Source: an uncultured Bacteroidia bacterium (GTDB taxonomy: Bacteria > Bacteroidota > Bacteroidia > Bacteroidales > UBA932). From it: DNA of 64,000 bases. Below are positions 1-9,736 of the stretch, piece after piece. A program made the translations under genes and the position numbers. Position 1 is the first letter of the stretch. Every line of letters starts with the position of its first letter. The stretch spans positions 23,220 to 87,219 of the forward strand of contig CACYWN010000003.1 of NCBI GenBank assembly GCA_902778105.1, given 5' to 3'. Below the pieces are notes generated by a model. That model had not been told where the DNA came from and made no database searches. It saw nothing but the letters and a program-made list of their open reading frames with translations.

Positions 1-2
1 TC

Positions 3-881
3 TACACCGGCTCCGGTGCGCACCTGCTTGCCATCTCCCTTATCGCCGGGTTCCTGGGCTCCTGCGACTTCGGTTACAAGGAATGGCTGGTGGCCGTCGG
101 GCCGATGTCCATCATCATCCTGGTGGTCGGACTCCTGCTGGGCATGTACGTGTTCTTCCCCATGAAGAAGGAGGAGCAGGTCCCCCAGATCGAGGGCGGC
201 ATCGACCGGCTGCGGGGCGAGCTCACCGCCATGGGCAAGATGACCGCGGAGGAGTGGAAGGCCGTCGGCATCTTCGTCCTGGTCCTGTTCCTCTGGGTGA
301 CCAAGGGTACGTTCCATGACATCGACGAAACCATCGTCGCCCTGATCGGCGCGGTCCTGGCCCTGATTCCGGGTATCGGCGTGGTGAAATGGAACGACGT
401 GGACATTCCCTGGCACCTGATGCTCTTCTCCGCCGGCGCCTATGTGCTGGGCAGCGGGCTCAACGCCACCGACCTTCCGAGCACGATGGTCAATGCGGCC
501 TTCGACTCGCTGGGCATCACCTCCGACACGCCGTTCTGGGTGCTGTATGTCATCCTCACCTTCCTGATGATGTACTCCGGCCTGGTGTTCCAGAGCAAGA
601 CCATCCGGACGATGGTCTTCGTCCCCATCGCCCTCGGGGTGGAGAAGCGCTTCGGCTTCCCGCCCATGAGCCTGGCCCTCCCGGTGGCCATGCTCATCGA
701 GCACTGCTACGTGCTCCCGTTCAACAGCAAGCCCGCGGCCCTGCTGTACACCACGAACCAGTACAGCATGACCGACGCCTTCAAGTTCGGCATCACCATG
801 ATGACTTTCTCGTGGCTGCTGATCCTGCTTTTCGGAGCGACCGTGCTCAAGTGGCTCGGGATCACTCCGGGGCTCTTTTAA
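3..881 (+). CDS. DASS/SLC13-family anion:sodium symporter, 5' end outside the window
   Basis: Frame is open from base 3 (YTGSGAHLLAI...). Many TM helices, with the DASS-like segments 'W..V.W..L.LF.G' and 'VLPFNSKPAAL.Y'. Confidence 0.75.
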   Translation, partial: YTGSGAHLLAISLIAGFLGSCDFGYKEWLVAVGPMSIIILVVGLLLGMYVFFPMKKEEQVPQIEGGIDRLRGELTAMGKMTAEEWKAVGIFVLVLFLWVTKGTFHDIDETIVALIGAVLALIPGIGVVKWNDVDIPWHLMLFSAGAYVLGSGLNATDLPSTMVNAAFDSLGITSDTPFWVLYVILTFLMMYSGLVFQSKTIRTMVFVPIALGVEKRFGFPPMSLALPVAMLIEHCYVLPFNSKPAALLYTTNQYSMTDAFKFGITMMTFSWLLILLFGATVLKWLGITPGLF

Positions 882-893
882 CAGACTGATACT

Positions 894-1523
894 ATGATTA
901 TTGACTGGAATCTGATTCTCCGCATCTTCCTCGGCGGACTGATGGGTGGCCTGATCGGCCTGGAGCGTGAACTGCGCGCGAAGGAAGCGGGCATCCGCAC
1001 GCATTTCATCGTGGCGCTGGGCAGCGCCCTGTTCATGATTATCTCGCAGTTCGCCTTCCCGGACGCCGAAAAGTTCGATGCCTCCCGCGTCGCGGCGCAG
1101 GTTGTCTCCGGCATCGGTTTCATCGGTGCGGGCGTCATCATTTTCCAGAAGAACGTGGTCCGCGGCATCACGACCGCCGCCGGCCTTTGGGTGTCCGCCG
1201 CCATCGGACTGGCGTGCGGGGCGGGCATGTTCCCCATCGCCATCGCCGCCACCCTGCTCACCATCCTGTGCCTGGAACTCCTGCATTTCTTCCACCTCCG
1301 GTACGGGGAAAAGGTCGTGGAAATGACAATCTCGCCGACGGGCAGCGACGATCTCCTGTCGGTGATGGACATCCTCAAAAAGACCGGCATCGACGTGGAA
1401 ACCTATTCCGTCAGCGACGGAAAGCTTTATCTGACGTTCCGGCTCCGTCTCCACGATTATCTGGAAACCCTCCAGAGGGTGGTTTCCTCCCTGGAGGGTT
1501 TCCGCATCGAGGAGATGAACTGA
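894..1523 (+). CDS. MgtC/SapB family membrane protein
   Basis: Motifs GLERE, AGIRTH, AAQVVSGIGFIGAG and GITTAAGLW. Confidence 0.92.
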   Translation: MIIDWNLILRIFLGGLMGGLIGLERELRAKEAGIRTHFIVALGSALFMIISQFAFPDAEKFDASRVAAQVVSGIGFIGAGVIIFQKNVVRGITTAAGLWVSAAIGLACGAGMFPIAIAATLLTILCLELLHFFHLRYGEKVVEMTISPTGSDDLLSVMDILKKTGIDVETYSVSDGKLYLTFRLRLHDYLETLQRVVSSLEGFRIEEMN

Positions 1524-1532
1524 CGGTTCCGG

Positions 1533-2327
1533 CTACCGGTTCTCCGCGGCCTCGACGGCCTTGAAATAGCGATAACTGTTCACCTTGACTTCACCGATGG
1601 AGGCCTCGTCGCAGACGATGGTCCCCGCCGGATGGTTCTGCAGGCCGCTGAGCGTGCAGTAGTGGGACATCGGGCCTTCGATGGCGTCCTTGAGGGCGCG
1701 CGCTTTCTTGGAACCGAAGGCGAGGATCACGACCTCCTTGGAAGACAGGACGGTGGCGACGCCCACGGTGAGGGCCTGGGCGGGGACCGCCTCGGGATCA
1801 CCCCCGAAGAAGCGGGCGTTGACTTCGCGCGTGTCCTGGGTCAGGGTGATGACGCGGGTGCGGGAACTCAGGGACGAGAAGGGCTCGTTGAAGGCGATAT
1901 GGCCGTCTTCACCCACGCCGCCGAGGAACAGGTCGAAACCGCCGGCCGCCTCGATGGCTTTCTCGTAGGCCTCGCATTCGGCCGTGGTGTCGGCCGCATT
2001 GCCGTTGAGGATGTGGATGTTCTCCGCCGGTTCGTCGATATGGTCGAACAGGTAGCGGTGCATGAACGAATGGTAGCTTTCCGGATGTTCCACCGGCAGG
2101 CCCACGTATTCATCCATATTGAAGGAAATCACGTTCTTGAAGGACACTTCGCCGGCCTTGACCATGCGGATGAGTTCGGCATAGGTGTCGATGGGGGTGG
2201 ATCCGGTGCAAAGGCCCAGGACGAAGGGAGCGGAGGTCCGGGCGGCCTTTTCGTTGATCTTGGCGGCGATATAGTGGGCGGCCCAGAGGGAACCCGCTTT
2301 CGCGTTGTCGCGGATGATGACTTTCAT
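1533..2327 (-). CDS. nagB: Glucosamine-6-phosphate deaminase
   Basis: Motifs LGLCTGSTP, FNMDEYVGL, and GGVGEDGHIAFNEP with the catalytic His present. Confidence 0.95.
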   Translation of the reverse strand: MKVIIRDNAKAGSLWAAHYIAAKINEKAARTSAPFVLGLCTGSTPIDTYAELIRMVKAGEVSFKNVISFNMDEYVGLPVEHPESYHSFMHRYLFDHIDEPAENIHILNGNAADTTAECEAYEKAIEAAGGFDLFLGGVGEDGHIAFNEPFSSLSSRTRVITLTQDTREVNARFFGGDPEAVPAQALTVGVATVLSSKEVVILAFGSKKARALKDAIEGPMSHYCTLSGLQNHPAGTIVCDEASIGEVKVNSYRYFKAVEAAENR

Positions 2328-2348
2328 GACTGGTAAGATTTATACTGA

Positions 2349-4283
2349 CTAACAGAGTTTCAGGAAGACTTCGATAGCCTGGTACTCCGCCATGCCCAGC
2401 TGGTCGTAGAGCTTGGCGGTGTTCTGGGTCCGTTCCTCGGCGCGCTGCCAGAACTCGCGCGGATCCTCGCCCGGGAACGGGACGATGTCCTTCTGCGAAA
2501 GGTGGCGGAAAATGGCATGGCGCTTCTTCACGACCTCGTCCGGGCTCAGCGGGACGGCCATGTCCACACGGCCCAGCTCCCATTCCATCCAGGCACCGCG
2601 ATACAGCCAGATGTGGGTGTCGGAGAGCCAGTCGTTGCCCTCGGCCTTGAGCTGCTCCACGGCGTCGAGGGCCGCCTCGGTGCACACGCGGTGCGTACCG
2701 TGCGGGTCCGCCAGGTCGCCGGCCATGAAGATCATGTGCGGCTTGAGGTCGGTGATGAGTTTCTTGATGATGTCCACGTCGGCCTGGGTGCGCGGGTTCT
2801 TCTTGATGCCGCCGGACTCGTAGAACGGCAGGTTCAGGAAGTGTGCGTTGGTGTTGTCGTTGAGGCCGAAGGAACGGACGGCGCCGCGGGCTTCGCTGCG
2901 GCGGATGGCGCCCTTGATTTCCAGCAGGGCCCGGGGTTCCGGCTCGCCCGGACGCTTGCTGTCCACGAGGGCTTTTACCTCGTCGAACTTGTCGGCGAAG
3001 CCCAGCTGGAAGGCGGCGTCCATGTGCTGGAGCACCACGTCGTCGTGGACCGCCACGTTGCCGGAAGTCTCGTAGGCGACGTGCACGTTGTGGCCCTGGG
3101 AGGCCAGGCGGATGAAGGTGCCGCCCATGGAAATGACATCGTCATCCGGATGCGGGGAGAAGATCAGGACGGTCTTCGGGAACGGCTTCGCCGATACCGG
3201 ACGCGTGACATCCTCGGCTTCCGCTCCGGGCTTGCCGCCCGGCCAGCCGGTGATGGTGTGCTGGAGGTCGTTGAATACCTCGATGTTGATCTTGTCGTAA
3301 GGACCGTATTTCTCGAGCAGTTCGCCCAGGTTGTTCTCCAGATAGTCCTTCTCCGTGAGCTTCAGGATCGGCTTTCCGACGGTCTGGCACAGCCAGACGA
3401 CGGCCTTGCGGATGAACTTCGGGGTCCAGTCGCAGGGACCGACGAGCCAGGGGGCGACCACGCGGGTGAGCAGGCTGCCGGCGGTCTCGTCCACGAAGAA
3501 ATGGATGTGGTCATGGCGTTGGAGCAGGGATGCCGGGCAGGCGGTGGTCATTTCGCCTTCTGCGATGTTCTTGACGGCGCGGGCCTTGTCCTCGCCCCAG
3601 GCCATCAGGACGATGCGGCCGGCGGTGAGCATCGTGCCGATGCCCATCGTGATGGCGCTCTGCGGGGTGGCCGTGATGTCGTGGTTGAAATTCTTGGTCT
3701 GGCGCTTGCGGGACTTGTAGGAGAGGCGCACGGTGCGGGTGCGGGTCTTCTCGTTGCTGCCGGCTTCGTTGAAACCCACCTGACCGTCTTCGCCGATGCC
3801 GATCACCAGCAGGTCCAGGTTCCGGGCGACCTTCTCGAATTCGGCGCAGTACGTGGACACGAACTGCTGCGGGACCGTCCCGTCGGGGATGTGGACGTTC
3901 TCTTTCCGGATGTCGATCTTGTCGAGCAGGGTCTCGTGCAGGCGGTGGTTGCGGCTTTGGACCGCATCCCGGGAGCACGGGTAGTACTCGTCGATGGAGA
4001 CGATCTCCACGTTGCGGAACGATACCAGGCCGGCCTTGTTGCGGCGGGCGAGTTCGTTGTACAGGGACGTCGGGGTCGCGCCGGTGGTCAGGCCCAGGCG
4101 GAACAGCCGCCCTTCCGGATTCGCCTTGATGGCGTCGACGATGAGGTCGGCGACGGCATAGGAGGCGGGACGGGATTCGGGGTAGATTTCCGTCCAGATT
4201 TTTTCATAGTTGTGCAGGATGCCCTTGGGGAGATCCTTTTCGATGAGGCCTCCTTCGTACGGTAAGGTAAAGTGCTTACTCAT
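2349..4283 (-). CDS. NagB-like domain fused to PIG-L-family deacetylase (Bacteroidetes NagB-II type)
   Basis: N-terminal LGLTTGATP, IDEYYP and GIGEDGQVGFNE. C-terminal FSPHPDDD and DPHGTH metal motifs. Confidence 0.88.
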   Translation of the reverse strand: MSKHFTLPYEGGLIEKDLPKGILHNYEKIWTEIYPESRPASYAVADLIVDAIKANPEGRLFRLGLTTGATPTSLYNELARRNKAGLVSFRNVEIVSIDEYYPCSRDAVQSRNHRLHETLLDKIDIRKENVHIPDGTVPQQFVSTYCAEFEKVARNLDLLVIGIGEDGQVGFNEAGSNEKTRTRTVRLSYKSRKRQTKNFNHDITATPQSAITMGIGTMLTAGRIVLMAWGEDKARAVKNIAEGEMTTACPASLLQRHDHIHFFVDETAGSLLTRVVAPWLVGPCDWTPKFIRKAVVWLCQTVGKPILKLTEKDYLENNLGELLEKYGPYDKINIEVFNDLQHTITGWPGGKPGAEAEDVTRPVSAKPFPKTVLIFSPHPDDDVISMGGTFIRLASQGHNVHVAYETSGNVAVHDDVVLQHMDAAFQLGFADKFDEVKALVDSKRPGEPEPRALLEIKGAIRRSEARGAVRSFGLNDNTNAHFLNLPFYESGGIKKNPRTQADVDIIKKLITDLKPHMIFMAGDLADPHGTHRVCTEAALDAVEQLKAEGNDWLSDTHIWLYRGAWMEWELGRVDMAVPLSPDEVVKKRHAIFRHLSQKDIVPFPGEDPREFWQRAEERTQNTAKLYDQLGMAEYQAIEVFLKLC

Positions 4284-5149
4284 AACTGATTATCGTTAAG
4301 TTCGAATGTGTTGCCCTGACGGATGTCGCCCGTCTGCAGGCCTTTCTTCAGCCATTTCATGCGCTGGGCGGCGGTGCCGTGGGTGAACGATTCGGGCATG
4401 GCATATCCCTGGGATTTCTTCTGGAGATAGTCATCGCCGATGACCGAGGCGCACTGGATGGCCTCCATCAGGTCGCCGTCCTCGAGGGAGCCGAACATCT
4501 GGCTCTCGTAGTGGCCCCAGACGCCGGCGTAGAAGTCGGCCTGGAGTTCGATGCGGACGCTCACGCGGTTGGCATTGGCTTCGTTCATGCGAGCCATCTG
4601 CTGATGGGCCTGCCCGAGGGTGCCCAGGAGGTTCTGCACGTGGTGGCCCACCTCATGGGCGATCACGTAGGCGTAGGCGAAATCGCCGTCGGCCCCCAGC
4701 TGCCGCTTCATCGTGGAGAAGAAGCTCAGGTCGATGTACAGTTTCTCGTCGGCCGAGCAGTAGAACGGACCCATCGCGGCCTGGCCGGTTCCGCAGCTGG
4801 TGGAGGTGGTGCCGGTGTACAGGACGAGGGTCGGATTCCGGTAGGTGCCGATGCCCATCTGCTTGAAATAGGCGGTCCAGACGTCCTCGGTGGAGGCGAG
4901 GATCTGGCGGGAGAACTTGGCGAGGGCCTCGTTCTCGGCCGTGGGCTCATAGGAGGCTTCCTGCTGCATCGAGCCCAGGCCGCCGGAGTTCGAGACATTC
5001 TTGATGACGTCCCCGATGTTTCCGCCCATCAGGAGCGTGATGATGGCGACCAGGGCGACACCGCCCAGTCCCAGGCCGGCGACCGTGCCGCCGCTCATTC
5101 CTCTGCGGTCTTCCACATTGGAGCTTTCTCTTCTTCCGTCGAGTTTCAT
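4280..5149 (-). CDS. YpfJ-family neutral zinc metallopeptidase
   Basis: Motifs SSNVEDRRG, GPFYC, AHEVGHHVQ, ELQAD and SFTHGT. Confidence 0.92.
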   Translation of the reverse strand: MKLDGRRESSNVEDRRGMSGGTVAGLGLGGVALVAIITLLMGGNIGDVIKNVSNSGGLGSMQQEASYEPTAENEALAKFSRQILASTEDVWTAYFKQMGIGTYRNPTLVLYTGTTSTSCGTGQAAMGPFYCSADEKLYIDLSFFSTMKRQLGADGDFAYAYVIAHEVGHHVQNLLGTLGQAHQQMARMNEANANRVSVRIELQADFYAGVWGHYESQMFGSLEDGDLMEAIQCASVIGDDYLQKKSQGYAMPESFTHGTAAQRMKWLKKGLQTGDIRQGNTFELNDNQL

Positions 5150-5156
5150 ATCCGTG

Positions 5157-6362
5157 TTATTTTAAAATTTGTTCGATTCGTTCCAGTTTGCCGTCCACGG
5201 GGGCGGGCTTGATGCCGAGGAGCTTGCAGAGCATCGGATACAGGTCGATGTTCCTGAAGCCGGCGATGCGGCCTTCCTCATAGGGCGCAGCCTCGTATCC
5301 ACGCTTGAAGTCCGGCCCTACGGCCCGGAAGCAGACGAGCATGTCGGTCTCCTGCGGCGCATAGCCGTGGGAGCCCTTGTTCTTGGAAGGGGCAAAGTTG
5401 AACTGCCAGCCCAGATCCGGGCTCACGATGATGTCCCCGGTGCGGTCGGACGTCCCGTAATGCAGGGAATCGGGCATCTGGCCGTGCCGGTATACGTTCA
5501 GGTGGGGGATCTGGGACAGGGCGTTGTAGACCGTGTCCACATAGCCCTCCTTGCAGAAGATGTTGGTGGGGGTTGCTCCGGCAATGTCCTCGATCCAACT
5601 GTCGTCCACGGCCTCGGCCCAGGAGACGAAGCGGTCGGGGCTGATCCCTGTCATCCCGTGGTCGCCGGCGAGGATGAAGTTGATCCGCTTCGCGTGCGGG
5701 AGTTTCATCAGCCGGAGGTAGAAGGCATGCATGAGGCTGTCCATGTGGTGGGTCATCTCCGCGGTTTCCGGGGAGACGGGACCGGTGACATGGCCCGTAT
5801 GGTCGGGTTCGTCGAAATAGACCATCAGAAGGCGCGGACGCTCCTTTTTCGGAAGGGACATCAGGCGCACGGCCTCGTCCACGCGCTCTTCGAAGGTCCA
5901 GTGGGGCTGCTCGTTCCAGTTGCGCCAGTAGTCGGGGTACATCCCCTGGACGGGGACGTCACCGCCCAGCCAGTAGATGTTGCCGGTCTTCACGCCCTGT
6001 TTCCGGGCCGTGATCCAGATGGGCTCCTTCAGGTAGTACTTGGGGTTGAACCGCTTGGTGGAGTCGTTCATCGCATAGTGCGAGCCGTCGTCCGGATCCC
6101 GGAAACTGTTATGCACCATCCCGTTGTGGTCGGGGACGCATCCGGTCGCCATCGTGTAGTGGTTCGGGAAAGTGGAGGCCGGGAAGGAGGGCTCCATGAC
6201 GGCTTTCACGCCGACGCTCGCCAGGGAGTCGAAGAACGGCATCTCGTACAGGTCCGGATAGTCCCAGCGGTTGCCGTCCAGGGAGACGATGACCGTATAG
6301 TCCGGCTGGCAGGCGGTGATTGCCAGGAAAAGGGCCGCGATGGTCGGCAGAAGGTGTTTCAT
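5157..6362 (-). CDS. Nucleotide pyrophosphatase/phosphodiesterase (alkaline phosphatase superfamily) lipoprotein
   Basis: Lipobox ITAC. Motifs VSLDG, TFPNHY, EPDHTGH, GDHGM and GSHGY. Confidence 0.9.
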   Translation of the reverse strand: MKHLLPTIAALFLAITACQPDYTVIVSLDGNRWDYPDLYEMPFFDSLASVGVKAVMEPSFPASTFPNHYTMATGCVPDHNGMVHNSFRDPDDGSHYAMNDSTKRFNPKYYLKEPIWITARKQGVKTGNIYWLGGDVPVQGMYPDYWRNWNEQPHWTFEERVDEAVRLMSLPKKERPRLLMVYFDEPDHTGHVTGPVSPETAEMTHHMDSLMHAFYLRLMKLPHAKRINFILAGDHGMTGISPDRFVSWAEAVDDSWIEDIAGATPTNIFCKEGYVDTVYNALSQIPHLNVYRHGQMPDSLHYGTSDRTGDIIVSPDLGWQFNFAPSKNKGSHGYAPQETDMLVCFRAVGPDFKRGYEAAPYEEGRIAGFRNIDLYPMLCKLLGIKPAPVDGKLERIEQILK

Positions 6363-6489
6363 CGGCTTCCGGTTTTCTTTTGTGAATCACAAATATAAGA
6401 AATACCACCGGAAAATCATATCTCGATGGCGACTTTTCTGCAACCGGCGGTTTTAAGGTACCGGGATGGTCTTTGGCGAAAGGCATTCC

Positions 6490-6632
6490 GGCGCAGGTGT
6501 GGCTGATTTCTGGCGCAGGTGGGGAAAAGAAGGGAGGACCTGTGCCACTGTAGAGCGTAGGGCCCCATTTTGCGGCGCAGGTCTCCACCCTTAAAACCCA
6601 CCTGCGCCAAAAGTGAGACCCACCTGCGCCAA
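6490..6632. repeat. GGCGCAGGT(G) motif array in both orientations with 22-bp spacing
   Basis: Forward copies at 6490, 6512 and 6574. Reverse copies at 6538 (1 mismatch), 6599 and 6621. Confidence 0.8.
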
Positions 6633-6835
6633 CGGAGGGGGCGGCGGGACAGTGGCTGGTGGTCCTGGTGTTGGGGCTGATGAGAAACAGGACTGCAGGA
6701 AAGGCCGGTAATCTGCCTGGGGGGAAGCGCTGAAAGCGGTAAAACTCGTTTTTAAGTCTTTTTTAAGGCCGGTTAATCGTCCATTTAAGAGGGGAAAAAG
6801 GAGGGCGCCGTAATTTTGTGAAAGATGTGCGCACC

Positions 6836-7468
6836 ATGAAACGGACCTTCCTTCTTTTCCTTGTCGGACTTTATGCCGTCCTCCTAGGGGTCGACGTCCA
6901 CGCTGGGGCCGCCGCCCAAACTGGAACAGGCTCCCCCACGGGGGCCGGGGTGCGTTTCCCGGACCGTTTCGCTCCCTCGGAAGGGTTTACCAGCCGGCTG
7001 GAGAAGCCCTATCGCGACGAAATCTGCCTGAACGGGTACTGGAACTTCCAACCCGGCGCCGAGTACACCGGGACCTGGGATTCCGTCCGGATCCGGATTC
7101 CGTCGCCATGGAACGTGAACAGTTTCGCCTGGAACGGCCTGGAACGGCCGGACCACCGTGATTTCCCTTCCTATCCGGCGGCCTGGAACGAAGTCCGCGA
7201 GGCGTGGATGCAGCGGACGGTCCGGGTCCCTGCCGACTGGGCCGGGGACCGGATTTTCCTGCATTTCGAAGCCGTTGCCGGCAAGGCGCAAGTCTTCGTG
7301 AACGGGGAGAAAGTGATGGAGAACTTCGACCTTTTCCTCCCGTTCGAGGCAGATGTCACCGACTTCGTCCGTCCCGGTACCGAAGCCGATGTCCGCGTGT
7401 TCGTCCAGTCCCAGAAGCTTTTTGAAGATCCTTCCGGGGTCGGCCGCCGGATCGTGCCGGCCGGGTCG
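6836..7468 (+). pseudogene. 5' fragment of a GH2-family glycoside hydrolase
   Basis: Signal peptide, ICLNGYWNF, IPSPWN and IFLHFEAVAG.A.VFVNG (GH2 sugar-binding domain). GH2-like sequence stops at ...GRRIVPAGS with no TIM barrel. The rest of ORF 6818..7783 is antisense of another gene. Confidence 0.75.
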
Positions 7469-7755
7469 TCGAAACGGAAGGAGGCCCGGACCCAGTCCTG
7501 CTTGCTCTCGATCCTCTTCCCGTTCTCGGTGGTGATATGTACCTCGGGAATCCGGAAGTTGTCCGGAATGGTCTTGTCGTGGAGGTCGTCTTCCTTTTCC
7601 GGTTCGGGCTCCGGTACCGGTTCGGGCTCCGAGGGGGTGGGAGCGGGTTGTTCCTGTTTCTCGTGGTCCGGTCGCAGGGAAGGCGGAATCACCTCCTCCT
7701 TGTCACAAGCAAAGAGAAGGCAAAGCGCAGCCGGGAGAAGTGTCCACCGTTTCAT
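7457..7755 (-). pseudogene. 5' fragment of a lipoprotein, probably CotH-kinase family
   Basis: Lipobox LFAC, a PEPEP linker, then IPEVHITTENGKRIESKQDWV as at the start of Bacteroidetes CotH domains. It runs into antisense GH2 sequence after ...FDDPAG. TATCTTTG promoter box at 7761-7768 (minus). Confidence 0.6.
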
Positions 7756-7838
7756 GGGCACAAAGATAACCGCCTCTCCTTAATATTCGCTTAAAATACG
7801 GTTGGAAAGGCGGATTAATGGCAGATATTAAGCCTTTT

Positions 7839-8438
7839 TTAATGCTGGATCTTCCGCTTCATGCGGTTCGCCAGGGCGCGGACCTCGCCGACATTCTGGT
7901 TTTCCGGAGAGGCGGCGGCGATGAGTTTCAGGACGGACTCGGGGGCGAGGCGCTGATCGGACAGCAGGATGGCGAAGACGGCGCAGGGATCGTTCTTGTG
8001 CTGCGAGATGAAGGCGAGATAGGCCTCTTCCGTGGCTTTGAGATAGTCGTCCTTGTTGTCATGCGCTTTCCGGATATCCTTGAGCTGCTGGATGAAGGCC
8101 TTGTTCGCATCGTTGAGCGGGGTGCCGACGGGCCGGCCGTCTTCAAAGGTGATCGTTCCCTTCTCGAGGATCACGGAAGGGAAGTGCTGCTGTTTCTGGC
8201 TGGAGGACAGGAACTTGGCGAGGACGGGCTTTTCGACCTCCCCCTGGAAGGAGAAGGCGCCGTCCGTGACGGTGGCAGTGAGGGGCTGGGGGAGTCCTTC
8301 GGAAACCAGCTGGATGGTCTGGGTGTCTTCGGGCAGTCCGGCGGCGGCGGCTTCGCCGCTGATCGTGAACTTCTGCATGCGGTGGCAGCCTGTCAGGACG
8401 CAGGCGGCGGCGAGGAGGTAAAAGACGGTACGTTTCAT
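7839..8438 (-). CDS. DUF4369-like lipoprotein
   Basis: Lipobox LTGC. FTISG...V.DGAFSFQGEVEKP...ILEKG.I...GTPLND, as in the N-domain of Bacteroidetes TlpA proteins, but with no CxxC domain. Confidence 0.7.
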   Translation of the reverse strand: MKRTVFYLLAAACVLTGCHRMQKFTISGEAAAAGLPEDTQTIQLVSEGLPQPLTATVTDGAFSFQGEVEKPVLAKFLSSSQKQQHFPSVILEKGTITFEDGRPVGTPLNDANKAFIQQLKDIRKAHDNKDDYLKATEEAYLAFISQHKNDPCAVFAILLSDQRLAPESVLKLIAAASPENQNVGEVRALANRMKRKIQH

Positions 8439-8541
8439 CGTATTGATTCTTCTTTCGTTAGTTTTCCAAACTGCGAATATAATCATTCGCAACGGCAAAT
8501 TTACAAAGAAATTTCATATCTTTGTCCAAAACAGTAAGTGT

Positions 8542-9720
8542 ATGAGAAGAAGACACAGGGGCGGGGCCTGGGCTGTCCTGCCGTTTTTCCTGGCCGTCCT
8601 GGCCGCCTGTACGGATCCTGTCCGGCAGAATCTGGACGAGACCCGCGCCAAGCTTGACGCCCTGCAGGAACTCGTCTCCTCCATCAACCGGGACCTTTCC
8701 AGTCTGCAGACCATCGTTTCCGAACTTGACGACAGCCACTCCGTCCATGCCGTATCCCCCGTGGAGGGGGTGGGTTACGACCTCTCGTTCAAGGACGGGA
8801 AAGTGGTCCGGATCACCTTCGGCAAGGACGGAACGGACGGACGGGTCCTCCCTCTGGGCGTCCTGCAGGATGAAAACGGAGTCTACTGTTGGACGGTCGA
8901 CGGCGAATTCCTGCTGGACGAAGCCGGAAACAAGGTCCAGGCGGGCGCTACGCAGGGGGTGGACGGAGTCGTGCCCCAGTTGAAAACAGAGGAGGGGTCG
9001 TGGTGGATCTCCCTGGACGGCGGCGCGTCGTTCGAGCCCCTCGCCACCTGTGAGGAAATGGACGGCTATACGGTTTTCAAGTCGGTGGATGCGGTCTCCG
9101 ATCCCGAAAAAGTCCTGTTGACGCTTTCTGACGGGACAGTGATGGAGCTGCCCCGGTACGTTCCGGTGTACCTGTCCTTCGGCGAGCCGCAGCTCCGGCG
9201 GATGATCGCCCCCGGCGAACGGCTGCCCGTGGAGTACCTGCTTAAGGGCTCGGCCGCGGCGAATGCCGTCGTGACGGCCGGAACGGACGGTACCTACATC
9301 TCCGAAATCGAGCGCTGGGACAATGCCTCCGGCCTCGTCTGGGTAACGGCGCCCGGGGAATTCGTGGACGGGTATATCCTCCTGAATGCCTTCGCGGACG
9401 GCTATTCCACCGTCCAGGTCGTCTCGTTCACCCGGAGGGAGATCCTTTTTCCGGATGGAGATGCCGTCGCATTCACGTCGGAAGGCGGTGAACGGAAGGT
9501 AGCCTGCACGGCGAATTTCCCTTACCGTGTCGCGGTGGACGACGCTTTCCGGAGCTGGCTCCGGGTGCAGCAGGATGAAGACGGATCCATCGTCATCACC
9601 ACTTCCCCCTATTACGAAGAGACCGCCCGCGAGGGGAAGGTCCTGGTCCTGCCGGAGGACAATCCCTCCTATGCCTGCGCGGTCCTGACGGTCCGGCAGA
9701 CTTCCCCTTTTGAAGAATAA
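8542..9720 (+). CDS. DUF4988/PL29-N-terminal-like lipoprotein with C-terminal BACON-like domain
   Basis: Lipobox LAAC, coiled coil, GKDGTDG, YCWTVDGEFL, PQLK...WWISLDGG. The C-terminus has a BACON-like pattern (SWL.V...REGKV...LTVRQ). Confidence 0.7.
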   Translation: MRRRHRGGAWAVLPFFLAVLAACTDPVRQNLDETRAKLDALQELVSSINRDLSSLQTIVSELDDSHSVHAVSPVEGVGYDLSFKDGKVVRITFGKDGTDGRVLPLGVLQDENGVYCWTVDGEFLLDEAGNKVQAGATQGVDGVVPQLKTEEGSWWISLDGGASFEPLATCEEMDGYTVFKSVDAVSDPEKVLLTLSDGTVMELPRYVPVYLSFGEPQLRRMIAPGERLPVEYLLKGSAAANAVVTAGTDGTYISEIERWDNASGLVWVTAPGEFVDGYILLNAFADGYSTVQVVSFTRREILFPDGDAVAFTSEGGERKVACTANFPYRVAVDDAFRSWLRVQQDEDGSIVITTSPYYEETAREGKVLVLPEDNPSYACAVLTVRQTSPFEE

Positions 9721-9736
9721 CTGATCCGACAAGCAT

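Noticed and set aside
6818-7783. Intact 321-aa protein with a Ser/Gly-rich tail
   Set aside because: The tail is the antisense reading of the PEPEP linker of the opposite-strand fragment.
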